Below, one piece after another: positions 40,498 through 51,072 of a DNA stretch of 64,000 nucleotides. The stretch is from Bacteroidota bacterium. Lineage in GTDB: Bacteria > Bacteroidota > Bacteroidia > Chitinophagales > Chitinophagaceae. Within the stretch, counting starts at the first letter, position 1. Every line of letters starts with the position of its first letter. The stretch is taken from contig JABDAV010000006.1 in NCBI GenBank assembly GCA_013289015.1, forward strand, positions 653 through 64,652. Direction: 5' to 3'. Under the pieces are notes generated by a model. It worked only from the letters and a program-made list of their open reading frames with translations, ran no database searches and was not told the DNA's origin. The position numbers and the translations under genes were made by a program.

Positions 40498-43400
40498 ATG
40501 ACTGACGCTGAGTATTTTACCTACCAGTTTTATACATGGGAATATCGAGGACGAGGAATACATGTCTCTGATATTCCCGTGCATTTGGAAGCGCCATTCG
40601 TTCCCTTTTTTCGACACAGGGCACAAGGCCAGTATATTGACGATGGCAAAAAACACACCGTGCTTAGCCGCCTCTTTGAGTCGGTAAAAGGTGTGTCGCC
40701 ATCTCCAAAAATGGAACTCGGAGAACTCGATTATCAAACCATTGAGTCCTTTGAGTATGTTCCAACAGAGCCTTTGGCTGCGCTACACGTCAAGTTTCCT
40801 AAAGAGCGAAAGATTGTTATCGAACGAATGAAGGCGCTACTCATTATGCTTTCGTCCTATGAACCAACAATCATATCGTTTGAAATTATTGGTACCGGCG
40901 AAAATATTAATATTCAATTTGTTTCGAGTAATTCGGTTATCGGTATTATTGAAACATATGTTACTGCTTATTTTCCTGATGCAATCCTCTACTATTCGGA
41001 CAAATATCTCTATGATCTGGTTCCGCAAGAAGGGTACACAGCCATTTACGATTTAGGATTACAGCAGGAGTTTTTTCGGCCGATACAAACAATGAAAAAC
41101 GTGTCACTTGACCCATTGATCGGTGTGTTTGCCATTCTTGACAGATTGCAAGATGAAGAACAAGGCATAGTTCAAATTTTGTTTCAAAGTACCTGCAACA
41201 CTTGGTCAGAAAGCATTCTGAAGTCAACCACGATGAACGATGGAACATCGTTCTTTCTTAATGACCCCACTGCACCACGCATTGCGCTTGAAAAAGTACG
41301 AAGTCCATTATTTGCTGTTACTGTCCGAACACTGGGAATAGCAAATGATGGAGATACTGCAGTACGCATTGGAGGACAATTGTGCAAAACGATTTCTATT
41401 GGAACAAAAAGTGAATACAACCAACTGATGCCGCCATCATCCGAAGGGTATGATTTTGAAACACGCGTTACCGATGTGTGTCTTCGAGAATCACACCGAT
41501 TAGGGATGCTTCTTAACACTGATGAATTGGTGACACTCCTTCATTTTCCGTTCGAAACAATTACATCTAAAAAATTATATACTGCAACGCGAAAAACGGT
41601 TGCAGCACCTGCAACTGCAATACACAAAGAATTTGTTCTTGGAGAGAATTATCACAATGGTGTAACAACCAACGTGACTGTTTCACTTGAAGACCGGGTA
41701 AAACACATGCACATTATTGGTGCAACCGGTACCGGTAAATCAACTCTCATTACAAAGCTTGTGCTGCAGGATATAGAAAAGGGACTTGGTGCAGTTGTCC
41801 TTGATCCGCATGGTGATTTAATCAACGATATTATTTCACGCATACCGAAGCATAGACTTGACGATGTTGTATTACTTGATCCTGCAGATATCGAGTTTCC
41901 AATCGGGCTTAATATTCTTCACGCACATTCTGAAACTGAGCGCGAAATACTTTCATCAGATTTGGTTGCTTCATTCAGACGATATGCAACGTCATGGGGA
42001 GATCAAATGAATGCAGTGCTAGGAAATGCAATCCAGGCGCTTTTGGAACATCCGTCTGGCGGCACTATCCATGATCTACGCAGATTTTTAATTGAAAAAA
42101 GTTATCGGGAAGGGATGCTGAAGAATGTGACCGATCCAACAGTTTTGTATTATTGGCTCAAAGAATTTCCGTTGCTTAAATCGAATTCAGTTGGGCCAAT
42201 TCTCACCAGGCTTGATAGTTTTTTGCGACCAAAGAGTATCCGAAACATGCTGATTCAAAAAAAGTCGCTTGATGTTGAATCACTGCTTTCAACAAATAAA
42301 ATTATACTGTGCAAACTGTCGCAAGGATTAATCGGTGTCGAAAATAGTTACCTACTTGGTTCATTGCTCTTATCAAAAATACACCAAGCGCTTTTTAGAC
42401 GGCAGGAACAGCGTGAACGCACACCAGTATTTCTGTATTTAGATGAATTCCACAATTTCATTACGCCTTCCATTCTTGATATGCTAAGCGGAATCCGAAA
42501 ATATAATGTTGGCTTAGTATTATCACATCAGGACTTACGACAATTGCAACGAGAGAATACAGAATTACTCAACAGTGTATTAGGAAATGTAAATACGCGC
42601 ATTGCATTTCGGGTTGGTGAACCTGATGCCAAAGTGCTTGCAAATAGTTTTATGCATTTCGAAGCGGCCGATTTGCAAAATCTTTCCCGTGGTGAAGCTG
42701 TTATCTCAATTGAACAACCACAGTATGATTGTTCACTGACTACACTCCCATTACATTCTGTATCTGCCGATGAACAAAAACAAAACATTGAAACAGTGCT
42801 CATTAATACACGAAAACACTACGCAACACCAAGGCGTGAAGTTGAAAAACTTCTGTTTGATTCGCTTAGCATGACCGATCCTACTGACAACAAAGCAGCG
42901 CCCCAACAAACGCCTACACCAGCTCCTAAACCACAACCATTGAAACAGGCAGATGTCGTTCCTATTGGGGAAGCGCGTGTTAATATCACGGGTGAAGAAC
43001 AAGTAGCAGAGCCAGAGCCTGAAGTATCTATGTCGACACATCGGTATTTGCAAACTCTGGTTAAAAAAATGGCCGAAGCACGGGGATATATTGCGATATT
43101 AGAAGTACCTCTGCCTACTAGCACCGGTCAAGTCGATGTCCTTCTTACCAAAGACAACAAAACAATTGCTGTTGAAATATGTAATACAACGAATGCAGAA
43201 TGGGAAATGCATAATATTCAAAAGTGTATTGAAGCATCATATACAACAATTGTTTCTCTTTCCGGAGATACGAAACAACTGGAAAAAATAAAGAAAATAT
43301 GTACGCAGACAATTCCTGATTTTCACTCGAAAGACGTAAGATTCTTTACGCCTGATGCCTTGTTCTCATTTTTAGATGTATCTATACAGCAAAACGCACC

Positions 43401-43530
43401 TGTTGAAAAAGTCATGAAAGGATATCGAGTGAATGTGTCGTATGATAATTCAGATATTGATGAATCAAAAAAGAAAAAAAACTCAGTCGCACAGATTGTT
43501 TTGAAAAGTTTGAAAAAATATGAAGGCTGA
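40498..43530 (+). CDS. Large HerA/TraG-D-like ATPase with C-terminal PD-(D/E)xK-like domain
   Basis: GATGTGKS, LDPHGD, LYLDEFH, RKYNVG, HQDLRQ; Pro-rich linker then H...E...VDVLL...IAVEI. Confidence 0.85.
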   Translation: MTDAEYFTYQFYTWEYRGRGIHVSDIPVHLEAPFVPFFRHRAQGQYIDDGKKHTVLSRLFESVKGVSPSPKMELGELDYQTIESFEYVPTEPLAALHVKFPKERKIVIERMKALLIMLSSYEPTIISFEIIGTGENINIQFVSSNSVIGIIETYVTAYFPDAILYYSDKYLYDLVPQEGYTAIYDLGLQQEFFRPIQTMKNVSLDPLIGVFAILDRLQDEEQGIVQILFQSTCNTWSESILKSTTMNDGTSFFLNDPTAPRIALEKVRSPLFAVTVRTLGIANDGDTAVRIGGQLCKTISIGTKSEYNQLMPPSSEGYDFETRVTDVCLRESHRLGMLLNTDELVTLLHFPFETITSKKLYTATRKTVAAPATAIHKEFVLGENYHNGVTTNVTVSLEDRVKHMHIIGATGTGKSTLITKLVLQDIEKGLGAVVLDPHGDLINDIISRIPKHRLDDVVLLDPADIEFPIGLNILHAHSETEREILSSDLVASFRRYATSWGDQMNAVLGNAIQALLEHPSGGTIHDLRRFLIEKSYREGMLKNVTDPTVLYYWLKEFPLLKSNSVGPILTRLDSFLRPKSIRNMLIQKKSLDVESLLSTNKIILCKLSQGLIGVENSYLLGSLLLSKIHQALFRRQEQRERTPVFLYLDEFHNFITPSILDMLSGIRKYNVGLVLSHQDLRQLQRENTELLNSVLGNVNTRIAFRVGEPDAKVLANSFMHFEAADLQNLSRGEAVISIEQPQYDCSLTTLPLHSVSADEQKQNIETVLINTRKHYATPRREVEKLLFDSLSMTDPTDNKAAPQQTPTPAPKPQPLKQADVVPIGEARVNITGEEQVAEPEPEVSMSTHRYLQTLVKKMAEARGYIAILEVPLPTSTGQVDVLLTKDNKTIAVEICNTTNAEWEMHNIQKCIEASYTTIVSLSGDTKQLEKIKKICTQTIPDFHSKDVRFFTPDALFSFLDVSIQQNAPVEKVMKGYRVNVSYDNSDIDESKKKKNSVAQIVLKSLKKYEG

Positions 43531-43576
43531 AAATCTTGTGCTAGGCTGTCAAGTGATTGAATACTCAAGTTCATTA

Positions 43577-44338
43577 TTAATCTAATTTTTTTGATGCAAT
43601 ATTTTGTATCCAATATTCATTTACCCATCCCATCACTTTGTCTTTATCCTGGTAATCCAACAAGTATGGTGTTTCTTTTTGCTTTTTTAAAGCATCCTTT
43701 GTAAAATAAGATGTTGTTACAATAATTCCTCTGTTAGCATTTTCAGTATTGATAACTTCTTTAAAACTTCTGATGATATCAACGCCTACCTTCTGCGTTT
43801 TATACCTCTTACATTCAACTAAAAATTTTAATGGTTCATGTAACCCTATTTTTTTGATTGCCAATATATCATAACCATTATCTCTTGTTTGTTTTGTAAG
43901 ATTAACCTCGAATCCTTGTGCCAATAATAGCTCCGCGATCATTTCTTCAAATTCTCTCGGTGAAACTTGAAATAATTGTTTATGATCATTATATACATTC
44001 GTAATGATATGCTTTATTCGGTTGGATTCATTTATTACGGAAGCTTCATTTTGATTTTCTTCGCCATCAAAAAAGTTCGCAAAATCATACTGGAAATAGC
44101 CAAGGTGCATTTTTTCTACTATAGCGGCTATACTTGTACCTCCATTAAGAATTTTAAACAGATTATTGTATTTAATTAATTTCAAAGGTGGAATAAATTG
44201 CTCCCACCGCTTTGCTTGTTGCTGTACACTTAATAGACTTTCAATCCGTTGTTGGGATTCAATAAACTTACGCATATTAGATGGATATATTTTATCAATC
44301 ATCTCATTTGTTGAAGCGATTAATTCTATCAGTGACAT
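43577..44338 (-). CDS. Mrr-like restriction endonuclease domain protein
   Basis: SPREFEEMIAELL, TRDNGYDI, LVECKRY, IIVTTSYFT. Confidence 0.85.
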   Translation of the reverse strand: MSLIELIASTNEMIDKIYPSNMRKFIESQQRIESLLSVQQQAKRWEQFIPPLKLIKYNNLFKILNGGTSIAAIVEKMHLGYFQYDFANFFDGEENQNEASVINESNRIKHIITNVYNDHKQLFQVSPREFEEMIAELLLAQGFEVNLTKQTRDNGYDILAIKKIGLHEPLKFLVECKRYKTQKVGVDIIRSFKEVINTENANRGIIVTTSYFTKDALKKQKETPYLLDYQDKDKVMGWVNEYWIQNIASKKLD

Positions 44339-44438
44339 GTTTTTATTTATTTAAGAAAATCACATATAAATATAGCTACCAAGTATAAAACTTAAAAGAT
44401 TATCAGCAGATAAAAAAATTATTCAAATGCTTATCAAT

Positions 44439-44464
44439 AACTCATTTCATTAATGAAATGAGTT
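44439..44464. repeat. Perfect 26-bp palindrome
   Basis: aactcatttcattaatgaaatgagtt. Confidence 0.7.
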
Positions 44465-44663
44465 TATTATTGTGGCTTGGTTGGCAAAAAAATCCTTACG
44501 TGAGCAGTCAAATATTTTTGCAAGTGCGTTAATATGTTTAAGCTTAAATTTTACTCTTTCCTTTGTGGGGGATAGGCGGATTTGAAGCCGAATGTTTAAT
44601 ATCGAGCTATACTATTTCAAATGCATTTAAGTGACCAAGCAAAGTTACAGTGGGATGTTTTTC

Positions 44664-44864
44664 TTACTTCCCTTCATTTGGTCTATCTGCATCTGACTCG
44701 TTATCTTTTTCAGTAGAATAAGTAGAACTTCTAGTTGCAGTCTTAGAACCAGAAGCATATATTTCTTTTACGTCAGGATTAGTTGGTTGCCAATTCCAGT
44801 TTTGGACAGAGTCTACAGTTTCTCCAACAAGTGGTTCTAAATAATTTGAAGCGAAAACTTTCAT
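44664..44864 (-). CDS. Graspetide (ATP-grasp RiPP) precursor peptide
   Basis: ATG 44864, 11 bp after the ligase stop; leader KVFASNYLEP, core KTATRSSTYSTEKDNESDADR (Thr/Ser/Lys followed by Asp/Glu). Confidence 0.7.
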   Translation of the reverse strand: MKVFASNYLEPLVGETVDSVQNWNWQPTNPDVKEIYASGSKTATRSSTYSTEKDNESDADRPNEGK

Positions 44865-44875
44865 GTTATTATATT

Positions 44876-45838
44876 TTAATTTAAATGATTTTTCATCCAA
44901 TCAATAAGTGCTTCAGAAATTGGTAATCCTGTTAAATCCTCAATCCAGAGGAATTGTCCCATAGAATTTACTTCTAAAAAATACCATTTTTTTTCTTTAG
45001 TTATTATAAAGTCTAATGCTCCATATTCAATTTGAAGTCGTTGCATTAACTCACTTACTTTATTCTTTATGTCACCCGGAATTTCAATGGCAAAATGCGG
45101 GGTATGGGGAATATCATATCTTCTCCAGTCAACTTTGCTCAATTGTGATTCTTGTGAATTTATCCTACAGGCAAAATGTTTATTTCCTACAACAGTATAT
45201 CGTACCTCATAATCTTTATCAATATATTTCTGTAAAACAATTGGGTTTTCTCGTTGGTCGCCAAATTTGGACAAATCATTAGAATTTAGCTTATTCACAT
45301 AAAAACCCATAAACTCTTCATTACGAGTTTTATAAAAGTCTTGTTGCATTAATTTTAAGGCGACAGGTTCATGACTTTCTCCAAATTCGACAAGATCTTT
45401 TTTATTATTACTTACAATAGTTTCGGGGACTAATAAACCGCAATCTATCGCCATTTCCATCTGCAAAAATTTATTTTCTGCAGCGTACGCTAAGCGCCAA
45501 AAGTTTAACCAGGGTATTTTTGAAATTGACGAATAAATTCCAAGCAAAGTTTTGTTCCATTCACCTTTCCAAATTTTTAAATCTACTGATTGATCATATT
45601 CTTCATCAAGCAATAATTCTACAAAAGTTCTTCTGTTCCAAACACATCTGATTTTTTCCAAATAGAGTTTTTCTCCATTTTGTTCAATTGACCATTTGTG
45701 ATTCTTATAGCTTACGTAAGTGCCTTTTAAAGATTCGACATCTAGGTTAAATCTATACAAGGGCAGATTTTCTTTTGAGATTTTATCTAAAAGAAAATTT
45801 GCATGACTATCATTCTTATCTGTAAGCACTAAAATCAT
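44876..45838 (-). CDS. MvdC/MvdD-family ATP-grasp peptide maturase
   Basis: MILVLT..DSHA, AENKFLQ, VPETIVSN, QKYIDKDYEVR, VDWR, YGALDFI, FLEVNSMGQFLW. Confidence 0.88.
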   Translation of the reverse strand: MILVLTDKNDSHANFLLDKISKENLPLYRFNLDVESLKGTYVSYKNHKWSIEQNGEKLYLEKIRCVWNRRTFVELLLDEEYDQSVDLKIWKGEWNKTLLGIYSSISKIPWLNFWRLAYAAENKFLQMEMAIDCGLLVPETIVSNNKKDLVEFGESHEPVALKLMQQDFYKTRNEEFMGFYVNKLNSNDLSKFGDQRENPIVLQKYIDKDYEVRYTVVGNKHFACRINSQESQLSKVDWRRYDIPHTPHFAIEIPGDIKNKVSELMQRLQIEYGALDFIITKEKKWYFLEVNSMGQFLWIEDLTGLPISEALIDWMKNHLN

Positions 45839-46095
45839 ATTGATGGTAATAAAATTAATATGAAAAAAAATATAATACTTATTATTTTTCTCACATATGT
45901 GCAAAACCATCATATGGGTTTGGTTAGCGAAGGAATAGTACTTACTCAGCTGGAATTCAACCCTATTGTTGTTTTCTAAAATATATTTTTGATGGATTTA
46001 AACAAGAGTGTTGTTGATTTAATCTTGACAAGAAAAAATAATTATAAAATATGATGATTTTAAACTTATCGTATGCAAGAATCAAGTTGTACTTG

Positions 46096-46947
46096 CTATT
46101 TTTTTATTTTTTTCAGTGAAGCAATTGTAGAGTCAAGCATCGCTTCAAATTTGACTTTATTTTCCGGAATAGGAGGAACAAATGTCATTTTGATTTTATT
46201 AGAATGATATAATTTATATAGTTGTTGAAAATTTTTTGGTTGCGGTTGTGGGAGAGCTCCATCAAGCCAAATGAATTCATTCTTTGGAGTAATTTCTAAA
46301 AAATAGCTTTTGCCACCTATTATAGTCTGTTCGTTTATTTCTGTTGGTAGTTGTTTAATGCATAAATCCATTAGTAGTTTCATTTGCTGGCAAGTTAAAT
46401 TGCGATTATATACAGCTTTAAAACTACTGCGATTGTCAGAGGTATAAAAACCATATCTCCATGCTGTTGGTTGAGCAATACCGTTTACAAACGCTTTGAT
46501 ACAAGGCATATTATTAAAATAGCCGGCAATAAATATTTTCAGTGACATGAAGGGTCGCCAACCTTCTGGAAATTTAGTAGAGATAGTAGAATTTATATAA
46601 TCATATGCCGTTGTTACATTAATTGTATTAGGCATTAATTTATTTATTGTATCAAGATAATATGCCATAAACTTGTCTCCTAAAATAGCGGGGCCAACAC
46701 TTACATAAGCACAATTTTTTAAAGGGAATATTTTCTGAAAATCATCAAAATAACCAATAACCTTTTGTGCATTTACAGTATAATTCTTTCCTTCATCCTC
46801 CGGAGAATTAAAAGATACTCTGCTATCAGATCCAATCAGTATTCCATCTTGACAAATAGCAACGATAACAAAAGAGCCATGAAAATATAACTGTGCGTTT
46901 AGTTGAACTGTGCAGATCGTGATGACAAAAGCTATCAGATACTTCAT
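46096..46947 (-). CDS. Secreted proteasome-beta/Ntn-hydrolase-like protein
   Basis: Signal peptide from ATG 46947; FHG-SFVIVAICQDGILIGSDSR, KIF, IFIAGY, IGG motifs. Confidence 0.6.
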   Translation of the reverse strand: MKYLIAFVITICTVQLNAQLYFHGSFVIVAICQDGILIGSDSRVSFNSPEDEGKNYTVNAQKVIGYFDDFQKIFPLKNCAYVSVGPAILGDKFMAYYLDTINKLMPNTINVTTAYDYINSTISTKFPEGWRPFMSLKIFIAGYFNNMPCIKAFVNGIAQPTAWRYGFYTSDNRSSFKAVYNRNLTCQQMKLLMDLCIKQLPTEINEQTIIGGKSYFLEITPKNEFIWLDGALPQPQPKNFQQLYKLYHSNKIKMTFVPPIPENKVKFEAMLDSTIASLKKIKK

Positions 46948-47155
46948 AAAGTTTTTTCTAATGTATGAATGTTTTGTAATTCTTGTATTTTCTATTCCAT
47001 AATTATGCAATGATAAGGCCCTTATCACAGTACTATCAGCGCTTATTGATTTGCTCTAAAATATTGGTTTATAGTTTGATTAAATTTTGAGTCACGCTAA
47101 AACTAATGCAACTAAATATGTTAGCAATTTATAAAAGAAGTTGTATTTTTATAAA

Positions 47156-48646
47156 ATGGAAAAAAACAAAAATATCGGCATTTGGATTCGAGTTTCAACT
47201 GATATGCAAGTCCAAGGAGACAGCCCAGAACATCATGAAGAACGAGCTCGTATGTACGCAAAGGCAAAGGGATGGAATGTAGTGACTGTATACCGCCTGG
47301 ATGCCCTGTCCGGCAAATCTATTATGGACTATACAGAAACGAAGCGCATGCTTAAAGATATTCGGGACGGTTTAATAAGTGGCCTCATTTTTTCAAAGCT
47401 TGCCAGGCTTGCTCGAAATACAAAAGAACTATTGGAATTTTCGGAAATATTCAGAAACTGTGATGCAGACCTTATTTCTTTGGCAGAATCTATTGATACA
47501 TCTACACCAGCTGGTCGTCTCTTTTACACCATTATCGCAGCAATGGCACAATGGGAACGAGAAGAGATTGCAGAACGAGTTGCTGCTTCAGTGCCAATCA
47601 GAGCAAGGCTCGGAAAACCTCTCGGTGGTCAAGCGACCTTTGGTTATAAATGGGATGGAAAGCAACTGATCGTTGATGAAACAGAAGCTCCGATCAGAAA
47701 GCAGGTGTATGAAGTATTCCTGCAAACCAAACGCAAAAAAGCGACAGCAACTGCATTAAATGAACGCGGCTACCGTACCAGAAACGGGTCAAAATTTACC
47801 GACACAACCATCACCCGACTCCTTCGTGACCCAACCGCAAAAGGCATACGTAGAGCCAATTATACTAAGAGCCTTGGTGAGAGAAAGAATTGGATTATAA
47901 AACCCCAATCTGAATGGGTAGAGATACCTTGTCCGGCTATTATCAGTTCCGATCTATGGGATGAATGCAACACTATTTTGGATCAACAAGAAAAGAAGCG
48001 AGTTCCCACCGGCCCAAAAACAGTTCATTTACTAGCAGGGTATATATACTGTGAGTGCGGCGCAAAGATGTATGTATATACTGAAACACCAGTATATAAA
48101 TGCAAACAATGCAAACGAAAAATTGATGTTGCTGATATTGACGAAATATATCACGAACAACTCAGATCATTCTTATTAACCGATGCTGACATTACATCAA
48201 TCGCTACGGCAAGTGAAACTATCCTTACAGAAAAAGAAACATTGTATAAGTCTACATTGCAGGAATACAACTCGTTAAAAAAGAAAATCAGTGAGCTCGT
48301 ACACCTTCGAATCAATGGAGAACTACAAAAAGATGATTTCGCTGCACTTTACAGACCGATTGAAGAACAAGTGCGTCAGTTTGAAAAGCAATTACCCGAA
48401 CTTGAGGCAGAAATTGATTTCTTAAAAATTCAAAGTCTTTCAACGGATACGGTTATCCAAGAAGCCAAAGACCTCTATAACAGATGGCCAGAATTACCAT
48501 TTGATGAAAAACGAAGTATCATTGAAACCATAACAGAAAAGATCACTATTCATCAAGACAGCATTGATATATCCCTCTCCTATCTTCCCGCACCCATCCT
48601 TTCCACAAATGACGGAAAAAGGCAACGCAACTTCATGGATTCATAG
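47156..48646 (+). CDS. Large serine recombinase
   Basis: WIRVST (catalytic Ser), SKLARLARN, recombinase domain, CECG/CKQC zinc ribbon, coiled coil. Confidence 0.93.
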   Translation: MEKNKNIGIWIRVSTDMQVQGDSPEHHEERARMYAKAKGWNVVTVYRLDALSGKSIMDYTETKRMLKDIRDGLISGLIFSKLARLARNTKELLEFSEIFRNCDADLISLAESIDTSTPAGRLFYTIIAAMAQWEREEIAERVAASVPIRARLGKPLGGQATFGYKWDGKQLIVDETEAPIRKQVYEVFLQTKRKKATATALNERGYRTRNGSKFTDTTITRLLRDPTAKGIRRANYTKSLGERKNWIIKPQSEWVEIPCPAIISSDLWDECNTILDQQEKKRVPTGPKTVHLLAGYIYCECGAKMYVYTETPVYKCKQCKRKIDVADIDEIYHEQLRSFLLTDADITSIATASETILTEKETLYKSTLQEYNSLKKKISELVHLRINGELQKDDFAALYRPIEEQVRQFEKQLPELEAEIDFLKIQSLSTDTVIQEAKDLYNRWPELPFDEKRSIIETITEKITIHQDSIDISLSYLPAPILSTNDGKRQRNFMDS

Positions 48647-48650
48647 AAGC
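48622..48650. other. Attachment junction in comM
   Basis: comM reads ...ASMNP then TGA where CPCG is expected; the recombinase stop (48644-48646) lies inside comM sequence. Confidence 0.75.
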
Positions 48651-49691
48651 GATCAACATAAAACTTGCAGGAAAATCAACAGCAACCTTTGCTCTTGATA
48701 TGCTTACTCTTCTTTCTTCCATCGGCTGGCGCATTACTTCGAGAACAGTACGTTTGAATTCAGGTAACTCATCTAAAAATAAAACACCATTGTGCGCCAA
48801 AGAAATTTCACCGGGTTGCGGAATGCCGCCCCCACCCACCAATGCCACATCACTGATAGTATGATGCGGCGAACGAAACGGGCGCCTGCTTATCAATGAA
48901 CTGTTTTCAGGCAACTTGCCCGCAACGCTGTGGATCTTTGTTGTTTCCAATGCTTCATACAAACTTAATGGCGGAAGAATAGTTGGTAATCGTCGCGCCA
49001 ACATTGTTTTACCAGCACCGGGCGGCCCGATCAATATTGCATTATGACCACCCGCTGCAGTTATTTCCAATGCACGTTTAATATTTTCCTGTCCTTTCAC
49101 ATCATTAAAATCAACATCAAAATGTTGCTGTGCATCAAAAAATTCTTCGCGTGTATTTACCTCAACAGGCTTGAGTGAATTTTCATCTTTGAAAAAATCA
49201 ACCACTTCTTTTATATGCGTTACGCCATATACTTTCAAACTGTTCACCATTCCCGCTTCGCGCGCATTTGCTTTTGGAACGATCAATCCTTTAAACCCTT
49301 CTTTGCGCGCCTGTATAGCAATGGGTAATGCCCCTTTTATGGGTTGAACCGTTCCATCCAGACTTAATTCACCCATTATAACATATTCAGCCAAACGTTC
49401 CGGCTGTTCAATTTGTTCACTTGCGCCTAATACACCAATACCTATCGGGAGATCAAATGCAGAACCGCTTTTCTTTATATCAGCCGGTGCAAGATTGACT
49501 ACGATCTTTGTACGCGGCATGTACCAATCATTTGTTTTGATGGCGCTTTCCATGCGCTGCAAACTTTCTTTCACAGCATTATCGGGCAAGCCAACAATTG
49601 TATAGTGAGCACCTGCGCTAACGTTTACTTCAATGGTGATAGTAATGGCTTCAACTCCATAAACAGCGCTACCGAAAGTTTTAACAAGCAT
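48633..49691 (-). pseudogene. comM: ComM/YifB Mg-chelatase-like ATPase, 5' part (interrupted)
   Basis: [42 protein letters not shown]; ends at MNP after about 352 aa. Confidence 0.92.
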
Positions 49692-49817
49692 AAGCAGAAG
49701 GGTGTAGAGTTTTTCTATTCGGAAATAAAAATACAACACGTAATGAAGTAAATAAAACTTAATTATAAAATTGAATTCCCATCAATTATAGCTTTTACAT
49801 TTGCATGTGCAGTCAGG

Positions 49818-50966
49818 ATGAACTCATCATTTTTAAATACTATCATCTTACTTGGAGCAATCCAGGGATTTATTATCAGCAGCTTGCTTTTCTTTTCAAA
49901 AAAGAATAAACAATCCAACCGATTACTTGCAGTATTAATTTTTTTGATGTCGCTAGCCAGTTTTAATTTATATGCGAATTATGAAAACTGGTTTAATTCA
50001 GATATCCTTCGGTTTATTTCTGATTTGATTCCGATGGTGATTGTAATGCCGTTCGGCCCATTACTTTACCTTTATATTCAATCTTCGCTTGATTCAAATT
50101 TCAAGGTTACAAAAAAATTACGCTTTCATTTTTATCCTGTAATTATTGATTTAGTTCCGCAATTGGCTACATACATTTTTATAATTGGAGTGTTAACCGG
50201 CGTTCTAAAAAACCATCCTCAACCATGGGGAATTTTTATTGATGAGTATAATGTGTATGCAGATATTCCGCGGTGGATGAGTGTGAGTTTTTATGTTTGG
50301 ATGTCTGCAAAATATCTTGCTTCATTCAAACAGAAACAGAACGGCGTGTTGAATGAGCAAACAATTAACTTTAAATGGTTGCAACAATTCATTCGTGTAT
50401 TCGCAACGTTTCAAATAATCTGGCTTGTTTTTCTTATTCCGTATGTGATTCCAAAGTATACTGATAAATTGCTGAATGAATTTGATTGGTATCCACTTTA
50501 TATTCCGCTTGCAATAATTATTTATTGGTTAGGCATAAAAGGCTATATCGTTTCGCAAACTGAAGTTAGTCTTATTAAAAAAACGCAGCCTGTTAGTTCA
50601 ACTTTATCGGCTGAAGCAATTGCGCTAACAATCGTTTCTGTTAAAAAAACTATGACTGACGGTAAATTGTTTCTCAATCCAAATCTTAATTTAACTATTC
50701 TTTCCGAACACACTTCTATTCCGCAAAAAACAATTTCATTTGTTTTAAATCAGAACCTTAACAAAAGTTTTAGCGAGTTTGTAAATGAATATCGCATCGA
50801 AGCTTTTAAAGAAAAAATTTTACATCCGGAAACTGACAATCTTACAATTGCCGGTGTTGCGCTGGAATGTGGTTTTAGTTCACAGGCAACTTTTCAAAGA
50901 ATATTTAAACAGTCAACAGGAATTTCTCCGTCTGAGTTTCGCAAGTCTGCTTTACAAACCAGTTAA
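49818..50966 (+). CDS. Membrane-anchored AraC-family regulator
   Basis: N-terminal TM helices, FVNEYRI, ALECGFSSQATFQRIFK. Confidence 0.9.
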   Translation: MNSSFLNTIILLGAIQGFIISSLLFFSKKNKQSNRLLAVLIFLMSLASFNLYANYENWFNSDILRFISDLIPMVIVMPFGPLLYLYIQSSLDSNFKVTKKLRFHFYPVIIDLVPQLATYIFIIGVLTGVLKNHPQPWGIFIDEYNVYADIPRWMSVSFYVWMSAKYLASFKQKQNGVLNEQTINFKWLQQFIRVFATFQIIWLVFLIPYVIPKYTDKLLNEFDWYPLYIPLAIIIYWLGIKGYIVSQTEVSLIKKTQPVSSTLSAEAIALTIVSVKKTMTDGKLFLNPNLNLTILSEHTSIPQKTISFVLNQNLNKSFSEFVNEYRIEAFKEKILHPETDNLTIAGVALECGFSSQATFQRIFKQSTGISPSEFRKSALQTS

Positions 50967-51072
50967 TCAATTATTCATTTTCATCTTTTGTGCTTCTCAA
51001 ATCGCGATTTGAGCAATAATATTCTTATCTTTTATTTAAACAGATAAGAATTTTGCTGTCTGATTATTTGTT

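Larger units (their letters stand above)
1..48640. mobile_element. Large integrative element inserted in comM (left end outside window)
   Basis: comM is truncated right at the 3' end of a large serine recombinase and the missing comM 3' part is not in the window; the region has integrases, coupling-type ATPases, ssb and defence/toxin cargo, and looks more AT-rich than the sprA region. Confidence 0.85.
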
